A DNA stretch of 64,000 nt from Nannocystis bainbridge (GTDB taxonomy: Bacteria > Myxococcota_A > Polyangia > Nannocystales > Nannocystaceae): contig NZ_JAQNDL010000001.1 in the NCBI RefSeq assembly GCF_028368995.1, positions 2,624,001 through 2,688,000 on the forward strand. The letters run 5' to 3'. The notes beneath the pieces were generated by a model. The model was not told the DNA's origin. It saw only the letters and a program-made list of their open reading frames with translations, and ran no database searches. The stretch's first letter is position 1, and the number at the start of each line of letters is the position of its first letter. Shown here piece by piece: positions 49,761-58,842 of the stretch. The translations under genes were made by a program, and so were the position numbers.

Positions 49761-50021
49761 CTACACGCGAATCAGTGGATCGGCGTGGGCCACGAGTTGG
49801 GCCGCAGCATCTTCAAGAAGCTGCCCGCCGGCCGGCCCTCGGATCGACGCCATGTTGCTCGCGTCGCTCGTCGAGGTCGACCTCGACAGCTCGCCCGGCG
49901 ACAGCGAAGTCGCCGCGCTGCTCGTCGCCGCCTCGCTGCCCCGCGGACGAACGACGCCCATCCTGGTACTGCGGCAAGAGCACAGGGCGCAGGGCGCAGC
50001 GGCGACGGTGACGCACGACAT
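49761..50021 (-). pseudogene. Internally deleted remnant of lipoprotein family B (copy 4)
   Basis: 86-aa ORF joins the N-terminal ...STSTSDAS directly to NMASIRGPAGGQLLEDAAAQL (compare NMASICAPAYGQFFKDVAAQL); the upstream GCTACCGA..CGCTACTCGTTTG..TTATAA..TTGCGT block is conserved. Confidence 0.8.
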
Positions 50022-50179
50022 GGACCCTGCGAGGCTACCGATCGCGCACCGGCAACGCTACTCGTTTGCGGCCCACACAGCGTCGCTCTTATAACGTTGC
50101 GTGCGCAACTACCTCCGCAGCGAGGCCGCCGCCCGACCCGTTTATACAGTTGCGCCTGCAATCACCGTTGCAGTCGCGC

Positions 50180-50623
50180 TCACGGCCGCCGGTTTTGCTT
50201 CCCGTTGGCGATCTTCAGCCGCAGCTCGAGCGTCTCCCAGTCCATCTTAAAATCCGGGACCTTGAGCTCGAGCGCCTCCTCGAGCGCCAGCAGCGTCGCG
50301 TAGAACACCAGCGGCGCCGTGGTCCCGCGGCTGCTCGTCGACACTCGCTTCAGCGTGACCACGAGCGCCCCCAGGTCGACGCGCCCCAGGCGGTGTAGCG
50401 CCTTCTCCTCGACGAAGCGGACCGCCGCCTCGATCGTGCTGCCGTGGGCCACCTCCCAGCCGCCGGCCGGCTCCTCGAGCTCGACCGTGAACGCATGCCG
50501 CTCGGCGGGCCGGACCTCGAGCGAGAGATCGACATAAAACCAGTGCCGGCCGAGCTCGCGCTGGACCCGTCCTCGGCCCCGCCGCCACGGCTGCGGCTGC
50601 GGGTCGCTCGGCTCGTCATGCAT
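50180..50623 (-). CDS. Hypothetical protein, stand-alone EF-G domain IV/S5-D2-like fold
   Basis: FYVDLSLEVRPAE..F...IEAAV...LVVTL....S..TT....YAT..AL pattern. Confidence 0.5.
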   Translation of the reverse strand: MHDEPSDPQPQPWRRGRGRVQRELGRHWFYVDLSLEVRPAERHAFTVELEEPAGGWEVAHGSTIEAAVRFVEEKALHRLGRVDLGALVVTLKRVSTSSRGTTAPLVFYATLLALEEALELKVPDFKMDWETLELRLKIANGKQNRRP

Positions 50624-50904
50624 GGGCCCTCGCGCTCGGATGTGCCACGCTCGCAGCCTACCCGAAACCGGCGCCGCCCCGCCCACGGCGCCGCTGGTGT
50701 GCTCGTCGGCGACGCCCGGGCCGACGAAATTTAGACCTGTCCCTCGGGCCATGTCCACGAGCGCGACCTCGCCCCGCGACGCGCTGTTCCCCCCCGCGCG
50801 ACCGCTTCGCCGCCCCCTGCAGGCCCCGCAGACCGACCTGCTCGCCTCCCTCGAGCGCCGCGCCACGCCTCCCCTCCGGCCGCCCGCGCGCGTAGACTCG
50901 CGCC

Positions 50905-51804
50905 GTGAAGGACCACCTCGGCGAGCTCGCGGCGCTCGGCACGGCCGTGTGCTGGGCGCTCGGCTCGCTCGCCTTCACGCGGGCCGGGCGGCGGATCGGC
51001 AGCTTGCCGCTCAACGTCATCCGCATGGCGCTCGCGCTGGTGTTCGCCGCGGTCGCCGGCCTCGCGCTGCGCGGGCGGGCCCTGCCGACCGACGCGACGG
51101 CGGACCAGTGGTGGTGGCTGGGGCTGTCCGGCTTCGTCGGCTATTTCCTCGGCGACCTGTGTCAGTTCCGGGCGTTCATCGAGATCGGTCCGCGCCTGAC
51201 GCTGCTGCTCATGGCGCTCGCTCCGCCGCTGACGGCCGTGATCGATTTCGCGGTGCTCGGCCAGCGGCTCGCCCCACTGTCGCTGACGGGCATGGCGATC
51301 ACCCTCGCGGGTGTCGCTTGGGTCCTGTCCGAAAGGACACCCGCAGGGGCGACGCCGGGGCCGGCCACGCCGCGGTTGCGGGGGATCTTGCTCGGGCTCG
51401 GGGGCGCGCTCGGGCAGGCGGTGGGGCTGGTGCTGAGCAAGCGCGGGATGGTCGGCTGCGAGCCGCTGGCGGGGGCGCAGATCCGGATGCTCGTCGGGCT
51501 CGGCTGCTTCGTCGCCCTGGTGCTGGCGACCTCGACCACGCCGCGCCTGCGAGCCGCCCTGCGCGACCGCGGCGCCCTCGGCTACGCCACCATCGGCGCG
51601 CTGCTCGGCCCCTTCCTCGGCGTCTCGCTGGCCCTGTTCGCGCTCCAGCGCACCTCCGCCGGGGTCGCAGCCAGCCTGCTCAGCACCTCGCCGATCTTCA
51701 TCATCCCGCTGGCCGCGCGCCTCGAGGGCGAGCGCGTCGGCGTGCGCGGGCTGCTCGGGGCCGTGGTCGCGGTCACCGGCGTGGCCCTGCTGTTCGCCGG
51801 CTGA
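50905..51804 (+). CDS. DMT/EamA family transporter
   Basis: GELAALGTAVCWA, SGFVGYFLGD, about ten TM segments. Confidence 0.92.
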   Translation: MKDHLGELAALGTAVCWALGSLAFTRAGRRIGSLPLNVIRMALALVFAAVAGLALRGRALPTDATADQWWWLGLSGFVGYFLGDLCQFRAFIEIGPRLTLLLMALAPPLTAVIDFAVLGQRLAPLSLTGMAITLAGVAWVLSERTPAGATPGPATPRLRGILLGLGGALGQAVGLVLSKRGMVGCEPLAGAQIRMLVGLGCFVALVLATSTTPRLRAALRDRGALGYATIGALLGPFLGVSLALFALQRTSAGVAASLLSTSPIFIIPLAARLEGERVGVRGLLGAVVAVTGVALLFAG

Positions 51805-51981
51805 GGCCCGCGTTCGCCAGTGGACCGTCGCCCGCGGCCCCCGCATGACGCCCGCGAAATCCTCGGAGCCCACCGCGGTCATCGGCCGAACCGCTGTCGG
51901 CCCGCCGGCACAATTCTCTCGTCGCCGGCGGCGCCGCGGGGCATTGCCCCTCGCCCGGTCCCCGCACAAAATTCACCCGCC

Positions 51982-52527
51982 ATGAGCACTCCCGACGCCG
52001 TCCTCGACTTCTGGTTCTCGCCGCCGGTCCGGCCCAAGTGGTTCGTCCGCTCCGACGACCTCGACCGGGACATCCGCGACCAGTTCGGCGAGCTGCACGC
52101 GCGGGCCGCCAGCGGCGCCCTCGACGGCTGGGCCGCCTCGTCGCGCGGCGCCCTCGCCCTCGTCATCCTGCTCGATCAGTTCCCGCGCAACATGTTCCGC
52201 GGCACCCCCGAGGCGTTCGCCACCGACGCCAAGGCCCGCGACGTCGCCAACGCCGCCCTGTCCGCCGGCCTCGAGCACGACCTGACCCAGGAGGAGCGGC
52301 TGTTCCTCTACCTGCCGCTCGAGCACAGCGAAGATCTGGCCGACCAGGAGCGCTGCGTCGAGTTGATGCGCGCCCTCGACGAGACGCCGATGTGGCTCGA
52401 CTACGCGATCCGCCACCGCGACATCATCGCCCGCTTCGGCCGCTTCCCCCACCGCAACTCCGTCCTCGGCCGCGAGAGCACCGGCGAGGAGTGTGAGTTC
52501 CTGATCCAGCCAGGCTCGTCGTTCTGA
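51982..52527 (+). CDS. DUF924 family protein
   Basis: VLDFWF..WF, LLDQFPRNMFRG, FLYLPLEHSE, RFGRFPHRN.LGREST. Confidence 0.93.
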   Translation: MSTPDAVLDFWFSPPVRPKWFVRSDDLDRDIRDQFGELHARAASGALDGWAASSRGALALVILLDQFPRNMFRGTPEAFATDAKARDVANAALSAGLEHDLTQEERLFLYLPLEHSEDLADQERCVELMRALDETPMWLDYAIRHRDIIARFGRFPHRNSVLGRESTGEECEFLIQPGSSF

Positions 52528-52533
52528 CGCGGC

Positions 52534-52617
52534 TGTGCTCCGGGACATGTCCGCCAGGGCATGTCTGAACGGGCATGGTTGATCGGGCATGTCCGAGAGG
52601 ACATGCCCGATGGTTCA
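52534..52617. repeat. Six-unit 14-bp phased array
   Basis: CATG at 52546, 52560, 52574, 52588, 52602; two more units at 52668-52695; convergent gap. Confidence 0.9.
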
Positions 52618-52678
52618 TTCACCGCGACGGGCCGGCTTCGCCCGACCCGGCTGGACGGTCAGCGACATGGCCTTTCGG

Positions 52679-53635
52679 TCATGTCCACTGGAACACGCGG
52701 CCGCGCTCGCCGTCCCAGCACCAGGGGGTCGCCGCGTCGAGCAGCGCCCCGCCGAGCCAGCGGGCCGGGGTGGCCCAGCGCGCGCGACCGGCCAGGGTCG
52801 CCAGGCCGGCCTCGGTGATCTCCGCCGTCAGCGCGCGCGGGTCCTCGCCAATGAGGCGCACCAGCGGCGCCTCGCCTCCGGCCAGCCGGCGCAGGCGGGC
52901 CAGCACCAGCAGGTCGGTGAGCCACGGGCGGGCCTCGGCGCGGCCGCAGGCCGCCAGCAGCTCCCCCACGTCGGCGCGGCCGCTGGCCAGCGCGGCCAGC
53001 AGCTGGCGCTCGGTGCGAGCCAGGCCGTCCTCACGACCTGGCCATTCGGCCAGGCTCAGCGCCAGCGCGGCGCGCAGCGCCGGCCAGACGACGAACGCCG
53101 CCGGATCGTCGACCAGCGCCTGCAGCCGCATCGGCGCCGGCGCGCGGTAGGCCGCCCAGGCGTGCACGGCCAGGGCGATCGCGGCCGGGTCGATGCGCTC
53201 GCGGGCCGCGAACGCCTGCGCCAGCGCGGCCTCGCCGAGCTCGCCCACGCTGCAGCCCGGGCGGACGGGGTCGTCGTCGGCGGTGACCCATGACAGCCGC
53301 GCTCCGGTCGGACCGAGCCGGGCGATCAGGGCCAGGGCCACCGCCTGGCAGAACCACTCGTTACCTGTCCAAAGGACCAGCTCGTCGCGCGCCGCCGCGG
53401 CCGCCAGCGCCTCGTCCTGGGCCCGCAGGCCGGCGCAGATCCGCGGCACGGCGTCGAGGTCGCCGATGTGGTCGGCCAGCCAGTCGGCGCGGATCTGGCG
53501 AAACGTCTCGTCGTCGACCTCCGCCGGGACCGGGCCCTCGCACAGCACCTCCGACCACTCGAGCCGCTCCCCGGGGACGCCGGCCTCGGCGAGCCGGGCC
53601 AGCAGCAAAGATCCGCCATGGACATGGATCGGCAC
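52679..53635 (-). CDS. DUF1835-like hypothetical protein
   Basis: W.EVLCEGPVP, R..W, ELVLW....FCQ, P..DGL..TE..LL, RWLGG......W.WD; GTG 6 nt after TATGCT. Confidence 0.8.
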   Translation of the reverse strand: MPIHVHGGSLLLARLAEAGVPGERLEWSEVLCEGPVPAEVDDETFRQIRADWLADHIGDLDAVPRICAGLRAQDEALAAAAARDELVLWTGNEWFCQAVALALIARLGPTGARLSWVTADDDPVRPGCSVGELGEAALAQAFAARERIDPAAIALAVHAWAAYRAPAPMRLQALVDDPAAFVVWPALRAALALSLAEWPGREDGLARTERQLLAALASGRADVGELLAACGRAEARPWLTDLLVLARLRRLAGGEAPLVRLIGEDPRALTAEITEAGLATLAGRARWATPARWLGGALLDAATPWCWDGERGRVFQWT

Positions 53636-53776
53636 GCGCGAAGCATAGTGAACTCGCGCGCCCGCGCCCACCTCCACGCGGCGGACGGGCCACGGCCGAG
53701 CTCGCCGGCCTCGGTGCATGCACACCGAACTGGAGCCGGCGTCTCACCCGGGGAGCATGTCCCCCGGAGCGTGTCC

Positions 53777-56473
53777 TCAGTGCAGGCGGACCCGGCCCAT
53801 CATCAGCAGCAGCGCCGGCAGCACCAGGAGGCTGGCGAGCAGGCAGCTGGCGATGCCCATGACCATCACCGAGCCGAAGCTCTGCATGCCGCCGTAGTCG
53901 CTGAGGGTCAGCGAGGCGAAGCTGGCGATGGTGGTGAGGGCCGACAGCACCACCGCGCTGCCGGTGCCGCGGACCAGGTCGTCGAGGCGGGCGTGGCTGT
54001 GGTGCTGCTCGCTCTCCTGGCAGCGGTGCATCAGGTGGACGCCGAACGCGGTGCCGATGCCGATGACGAGCGGCAGCGAGACGATGTTGGCGACGTCGAA
54101 GGTGCGACCGACGGCGGCCATCAGCCCGAGCATCCACAGCCACCCGAGCACCGTCGGCACCAGCGCCAGCGCGCCGTCGCGGAGCGAGCGGAGCTGGAGG
54201 GTCACGACCGCGAGGATCAGCAGCGCCGCCCACAGCGCGGCCCGGCGGAAGCCGGCCACGATCATCGACGAGTGCAGCTCGATGTTGATCGCCAGGCCCG
54301 AGGCGTCGGGCGAGATGGCGGTGACGGCGTCGCGGAAGGCCGCCGCCGACTTCGACTCCCACGGCGACACGCCAGGAATCACGAACATCGCCAGGCCGCC
54401 GCCGTCGCGGGCGACGAAGCGGGTGCGGAACAGCGGCGGCAGGTCGCCCGGGGCGTAGCTGCCGCGCGCGGCCACGTTCTTGCCGGTGGTCCAGGCCCGG
54501 CCGAGCAGGTCGGCCATCTGCGGCTCGGCAGCGGCCAGCCGCTCGCGCTCCGCCGGCCCGGCCTTGTCGAGCCGCTCGCGCAGGGCGCGGAAGCTGGCCT
54601 GCGCCGCGTCGACCGCCTCGGTCGGCTGCCCGCCCTGCTGCAGAGCGAAGCGGACCTCGTCGAGCGCGTCGACGATCGCCTTGATCTTCGGCAGCAGCTC
54701 CTCCGGCGTGGTCTTGCGCGCGGCCAGCTTGGCGAAGTCGGGCAGCGGCCCGAGCTTGTCGATCGCCCGCAATTGCTCGAGCCGCGCGGCGTCGAGCGGC
54801 GGCAGCAGGTCGGTCGCCGTCTGCACCCCCGCGACCTCCGGCAGGGCCCGCAGCGCCTCGGCCTTGGCCCGCGCCGACTCGAGGTCGTCGGCCGCCACGT
54901 TGGCGTAGACCGGGCTCATAAGCGGGTCGCCCTCGAGCGCCTCGAGCGCGCGCACGGCCTCGCTGTTGCGCGGCAGGAAGTCGAAGTAGCGGCCGTTGAA
55001 GGCGATGCGCGACAGCCCCCAGCCGCCGCCGACAGCCGCCACCACCGCGAGAATGACGATGAACACCCGCGCGCTGGCGACGAAGCCGACCAGCCGGTGG
55101 ACCATCGGCGGCTCCTTCTTGACCGCCGCCAGCCCGGTCTTGCCGGCCAGGACCAGCAGCGAAGGCAACACGAACAGCGTCGCCAGGACCACGAACAGCA
55201 GGCCGATCGCGGTGATCACCCCGAGCTCGGCGTAGGCCGTGAAGTCGGAGCCCAGCGTGGTGAGGAACGCCAGCACCGTCACCAGCGCGCCGACCAGGAT
55301 CGGCGGCCCGGTGTGCAGCAGCGCCTCGCGGATCGCCGCCGTGACCGCCGAGCCCTTGCGCCGCTGCTCGTTGAAGCGGTGCATCATGTGCACGCCGAAA
55401 TCGATCCCGAGCCCGAGCAGCGTCGACACGAAGCTCGAGGTGATCAGGTTGAGGTAGCCGTAGATCCAGTAGACCGCGCCGAGCGTCAGCGCCAGCCCGG
55501 CCAGCAGCGGCACCAGGCTCAGCACCGTCTGCCGCAGCGACCGCAGCATCACCAGACACAGCACCACGATCGCCACGCCCGACCACACGCTCGACTGGAT
55601 GAGCCCGAGGCTGACGAGGTCTTGCTCCTCGCTGGCGAGCGCCGGCAGGCCGGTGATCGCGGCGGTGACGCCGACCGGCGCGCCCGCGACCGCCTCGTCG
55701 CGGATCTCCCGGATCTTCGCGATCATCGGCGCGAAGTCGCTGACCTCGTTGCCGATGAACTCGGGGAACACGCTGACGACGTGGTGCTGGCCGTCGACCG
55801 TCTGGAGGTAACCGGCCTCGTCGCGCCCGCGCACCGGCGCCTCGCCGGCCTGCGCCTGCATGGCCGCGCGCATGAGATCTTCGCCGGCGAGGTAGCGGTC
55901 GAACGTGCCCGCCAGCCCGCCCAGCTGCTTGAGGCCCTCGGCCGCGCGCGCCGGATCTTGCGGCGCGGCCTCGCCGTCGAGCCCCGCCTGCAGCTGCCCC
56001 TCGATCGCCCCGAACCACGCCGGCAGACCGCCCTCGACCAGCGGCGCGAGCGCGACGTCGGGCGGCAGGCCACCTGTCACTTGAGACAGGATCTCCGGGC
56101 GCTGGAGCAGCAGCACCTCCGCGACCTCGCTCGGACCTACGCGGGCGAGCACGCGGCCGTGCAGCTCCGGCACCGCCTCGAACCCGGCGATCAGGCGGTC
56201 GACGACCGCGCGGCGGTCCTCGGGCCGCTCGCCCGAGACCACCAGCACCGGCGCGTCGGGGTTGCCGAAGCGCTCGAAGAACCGCAGCATCCGCGCCTGG
56301 TCGGGGTTGTCGTCCGACACCAAGCCGTAGCGCGACGTCGACACTCGCAGCTGCGGCAGCGTCACCGCCGAGGCGGCCACCAACACACCCGCGACCGCCA
56401 GTACGAGCCCGGGGCGGCCCAGGCTGATGTCGGCGATGCGGGAGAAAAACCGGTGCGGGAGGGATTCGGGCAT
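53777..56473 (-). CDS. MMPL/HpnN-like RND lipid transporter
   Basis: TGLPAL..EE, LLGLGIDFGVH..RF.E, and second repeat LVIGIGTAFGVH; SALTTIASFASL. Confidence 0.9.
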   Translation of the reverse strand: MPESLPHRFFSRIADISLGRPGLVLAVAGVLVAASAVTLPQLRVSTSRYGLVSDDNPDQARMLRFFERFGNPDAPVLVVSGERPEDRRAVVDRLIAGFEAVPELHGRVLARVGPSEVAEVLLLQRPEILSQVTGGLPPDVALAPLVEGGLPAWFGAIEGQLQAGLDGEAAPQDPARAAEGLKQLGGLAGTFDRYLAGEDLMRAAMQAQAGEAPVRGRDEAGYLQTVDGQHHVVSVFPEFIGNEVSDFAPMIAKIREIRDEAVAGAPVGVTAAITGLPALASEEQDLVSLGLIQSSVWSGVAIVVLCLVMLRSLRQTVLSLVPLLAGLALTLGAVYWIYGYLNLITSSFVSTLLGLGIDFGVHMMHRFNEQRRKGSAVTAAIREALLHTGPPILVGALVTVLAFLTTLGSDFTAYAELGVITAIGLLFVVLATLFVLPSLLVLAGKTGLAAVKKEPPMVHRLVGFVASARVFIVILAVVAAVGGGWGLSRIAFNGRYFDFLPRNSEAVRALEALEGDPLMSPVYANVAADDLESARAKAEALRALPEVAGVQTATDLLPPLDAARLEQLRAIDKLGPLPDFAKLAARKTTPEELLPKIKAIVDALDEVRFALQQGGQPTEAVDAAQASFRALRERLDKAGPAERERLAAAEPQMADLLGRAWTTGKNVAARGSYAPGDLPPLFRTRFVARDGGGLAMFVIPGVSPWESKSAAAFRDAVTAISPDASGLAINIELHSSMIVAGFRRAALWAALLILAVVTLQLRSLRDGALALVPTVLGWLWMLGLMAAVGRTFDVANIVSLPLVIGIGTAFGVHLMHRCQESEQHHSHARLDDLVRGTGSAVVLSALTTIASFASLTLSDYGGMQSFGSVMVMGIASCLLASLLVLPALLLMMGRVRLH

Positions 56474-56665
56474 CGACGGACCGCCCTGAGCTATACTCGG
56501 GCCCTGCTCTGGGCAACTTATCCAGGTTTTTTGCCCGCGCCGCGCGCCCCCAAGTGTGACGCGGAGCACATGTCGCCCCCTAACGCCGCGGGGCCCCACG
56601 TGAAAGCCCGTTCGGGCGGTCCGGCCGCGCGCGTGAGCGGGCCTCGTGGACGGTTCGGCTCGCGG

Positions 56666-57190
56666 GTGGCCCAGCGAGCGATCCTCCTGCTCGGCCTGCT
56701 CGCGGCCGGGTGCGGCTTCACCAGCAAGGATCGCCGCGCCGTCGAGGGCGTGCTGAGCGAGCAGGCCGAGGCGTGGAACCACGGCGACCTCGAGGGTTTC
56801 CTGCGCGCCTACGAACCGTCGGAGGCGCTGGTGTTCACCAGTGGTGGCGCGATCCGGCGCGGCTTCGTCGCCGCTCGCGCTCGCTATCTCGAGCGCTATG
56901 GCGCGCGCGGGATCGAGTCGATGGGCCACCTCGAATTCACGGTCGTCGACGTCCGCGGCATCGGCCGCGACGCCGCGGTGGTCCTCGGGCGCTGGCGTCT
57001 CACGCAGACGGAAGCGGCCGGCGCGGGTGTCTTCACGCTGGTGCTCCAGCGCGACGCTCGCGGCTGGACCATCGTCCACGACCACACCTCTGTCGACAGC
57101 GCCGGCCCACCTCCCGCGGCCGGCGCCGACACGTCCGCGTCCACGTCGTCGCGAAAACAGTCGCACACGGACAGTCGCCCTGAGCTATAG
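56666..57190 (+). CDS. NTF2-like (YybH/DUF4440) lipoprotein
   Basis: Lipobox AAGC; Q.EAWNHGDLEGFL, GVFTLV, WTIVHDHTS; alternative start at 56570. Confidence 0.85.
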   Translation: MAQRAILLLGLLAAGCGFTSKDRRAVEGVLSEQAEAWNHGDLEGFLRAYEPSEALVFTSGGAIRRGFVAARARYLERYGARGIESMGHLEFTVVDVRGIGRDAAVVLGRWRLTQTEAAGAGVFTLVLQRDARGWTIVHDHTSVDSAGPPPAAGADTSASTSSRKQSHTDSRPEL

Positions 57191-57234
57191 TCGCGGTCGA
57201 CCTTAAACCTCTGTTTTCGCGCGGGAGAGTGGTG

Positions 57235-58545
57235 ATGCGACGTTTTTCGGGTGTTCTGTTCTTGGCAACTTTCGGGCTCGTGGGCGGCTGTGGCGACAAC
57301 GGTAGCGACACGCAGGGCGCGACCGGCAACATGATGACGACGACGTTGCCGCCGCTGACGACGACCGACCCGGGCACCAGCACCGGCACGGTCACGGACA
57401 CCGAGCCGACCACCACCGAGGGCACCGTCAGCGCCACCGACTCGAGCACCGCGCCGACCACCACCGAGGGCCCGACCAGCACCACCGAGCCGGTCGACAC
57501 CACCGCGGGTCCGACCACCGAGCCGCTGACGACGACCACGCTGTCGACGATGGGCACCACCGGCGACACGCCGTGTCAGGAGATCTCCGTCACCGTCCAG
57601 CCGGTCAAGCCGAACACCATGCTCGTGCTCGACAAGTCGGGCTCGATGCTGCAGAAGTGGGACGCCGACGCCGACCCCGCCACGCCCGACGTGACCCGCT
57701 GGTACAGCCTCTACGGGGTCGTCAACCAGGTCCTGACCGACTTCAACGGCAGCTTCAACTTCGGCATGAACCTGTTCCCGTCGAAGAGCGCGCTCGGCGA
57801 GTACAAGAACACCGCCTGCCTCGTCAACGACATGGTCGAGGTGCCGGTCGCCGAGAACAACAAGGACGCGATCATCGCGGTCCTGCCGGGCCAGAGCAAC
57901 ATGACGATCGCCGGCGGCACCCCGACCGCGCTCGGCATGACGGCCGCGCTGACCCACCTCAAGTCGCTCGACCCGACGGTGCCGCGCATCGTCATGCTCG
58001 TCACCGACGGCGCCGCCAACTGCAGCACCACCGCCGACACGCTGACCAAGCTGTTCGAGGAGTACGACGCCAACCTGGCCCCGATCGTCGGCGACGCCTT
58101 CACGGTCGACAGCATCCCGACCTACGTCATCGGCATCGCCATCGACAACGCGCCGAACCCGAACGTCCAGGACGGCAACCCCAACATGATCAACCCGTAC
58201 GAGAAGCTCAACGAGCTGGCGACGCTCGGCGGGACGGCCAAGGCGGGCGACGAGAAGTTCTACAGCGCCAAGAACGCCATCGAGCTCAGCGACGCGCTCA
58301 ACGCCATCGTCGCCGACGCGCAGAGCTGCATCATCCCGCTCGACTCGCCGCCGGCGTTCCCCGACAAGACGATCGTCAAGCTCGGCGCCACCGAGGTGCC
58401 GCTGATCGCCGACTGCGCCACCGAGAACGGCTGGCACTACGTCGAGCCGATGCCGTACATGGCGATCGAGCTGTGCGGCACCGCCTGCGGCGACCTCAAG
58501 ATCGCCGGCGAAGCCGACGTCGAGTACTACTGCGACGCCGGCTGA
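57235..58545 (+). CDS. vWA-domain Cys-rich lipoprotein (CglB-like family)
   Basis: Lipobox VGGC; Thr stalk; intact MIDAS DKSGS, GGTPT, LVTDG; C-terminal IELCGTAC. Confidence 0.88.
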   Translation: MRRFSGVLFLATFGLVGGCGDNGSDTQGATGNMMTTTLPPLTTTDPGTSTGTVTDTEPTTTEGTVSATDSSTAPTTTEGPTSTTEPVDTTAGPTTEPLTTTTLSTMGTTGDTPCQEISVTVQPVKPNTMLVLDKSGSMLQKWDADADPATPDVTRWYSLYGVVNQVLTDFNGSFNFGMNLFPSKSALGEYKNTACLVNDMVEVPVAENNKDAIIAVLPGQSNMTIAGGTPTALGMTAALTHLKSLDPTVPRIVMLVTDGAANCSTTADTLTKLFEEYDANLAPIVGDAFTVDSIPTYVIGIAIDNAPNPNVQDGNPNMINPYEKLNELATLGGTAKAGDEKFYSAKNAIELSDALNAIVADAQSCIIPLDSPPAFPDKTIVKLGATEVPLIADCATENGWHYVEPMPYMAIELCGTACGDLKIAGEADVEYYCDAG

Positions 58546-58777
58546 TCGTGTTGCCGCCGCAGCCACGAGCCGCACGCCCCCCGGGCGCGCGGCTCGTCTG
58601 CTTTCTGCGCCATGACCTCGCACCTCGGCCCGGCGCGCGGCCCTGAGCCGCACCCTCGGCGCGCGGCTCGTCCGCTCTCTGCCCCCCGACCCGGCGGGCC
58701 GACCTCACGACCCGCGCGAGCCCTGCTCAGTGAGCCGAAGAGGCCGACGGGCGCGGCCCGCCGCGCTCCCGGCCGAG

Positions 58778-58833
58778 TGTCCCGCAGGACATGCCCCATC
58801 AAGCATGTCCTCGACGCCATGTCCCCCAGGACA
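58778..58833. repeat. Four-unit 14-bp phased array
   Basis: TGTCCCGCAGGACA / TGCCCCATCAAGCA / TGTCCTCGACGCCA / TGTCCCCCAGGACA; convergent gap. Confidence 0.9.
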
Positions 58834-58842
58834 TGCCCCTTA

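Noticed and set aside
52534-52617. GGACATGTCC/GGGCATGTCC match the eukaryotic p53 half-site
   Set aside because: These arise at junctions of head-to-tail TGTCC-N4-GGACA units; isolated copies keep the N4-spaced form, so the match is coincidental.
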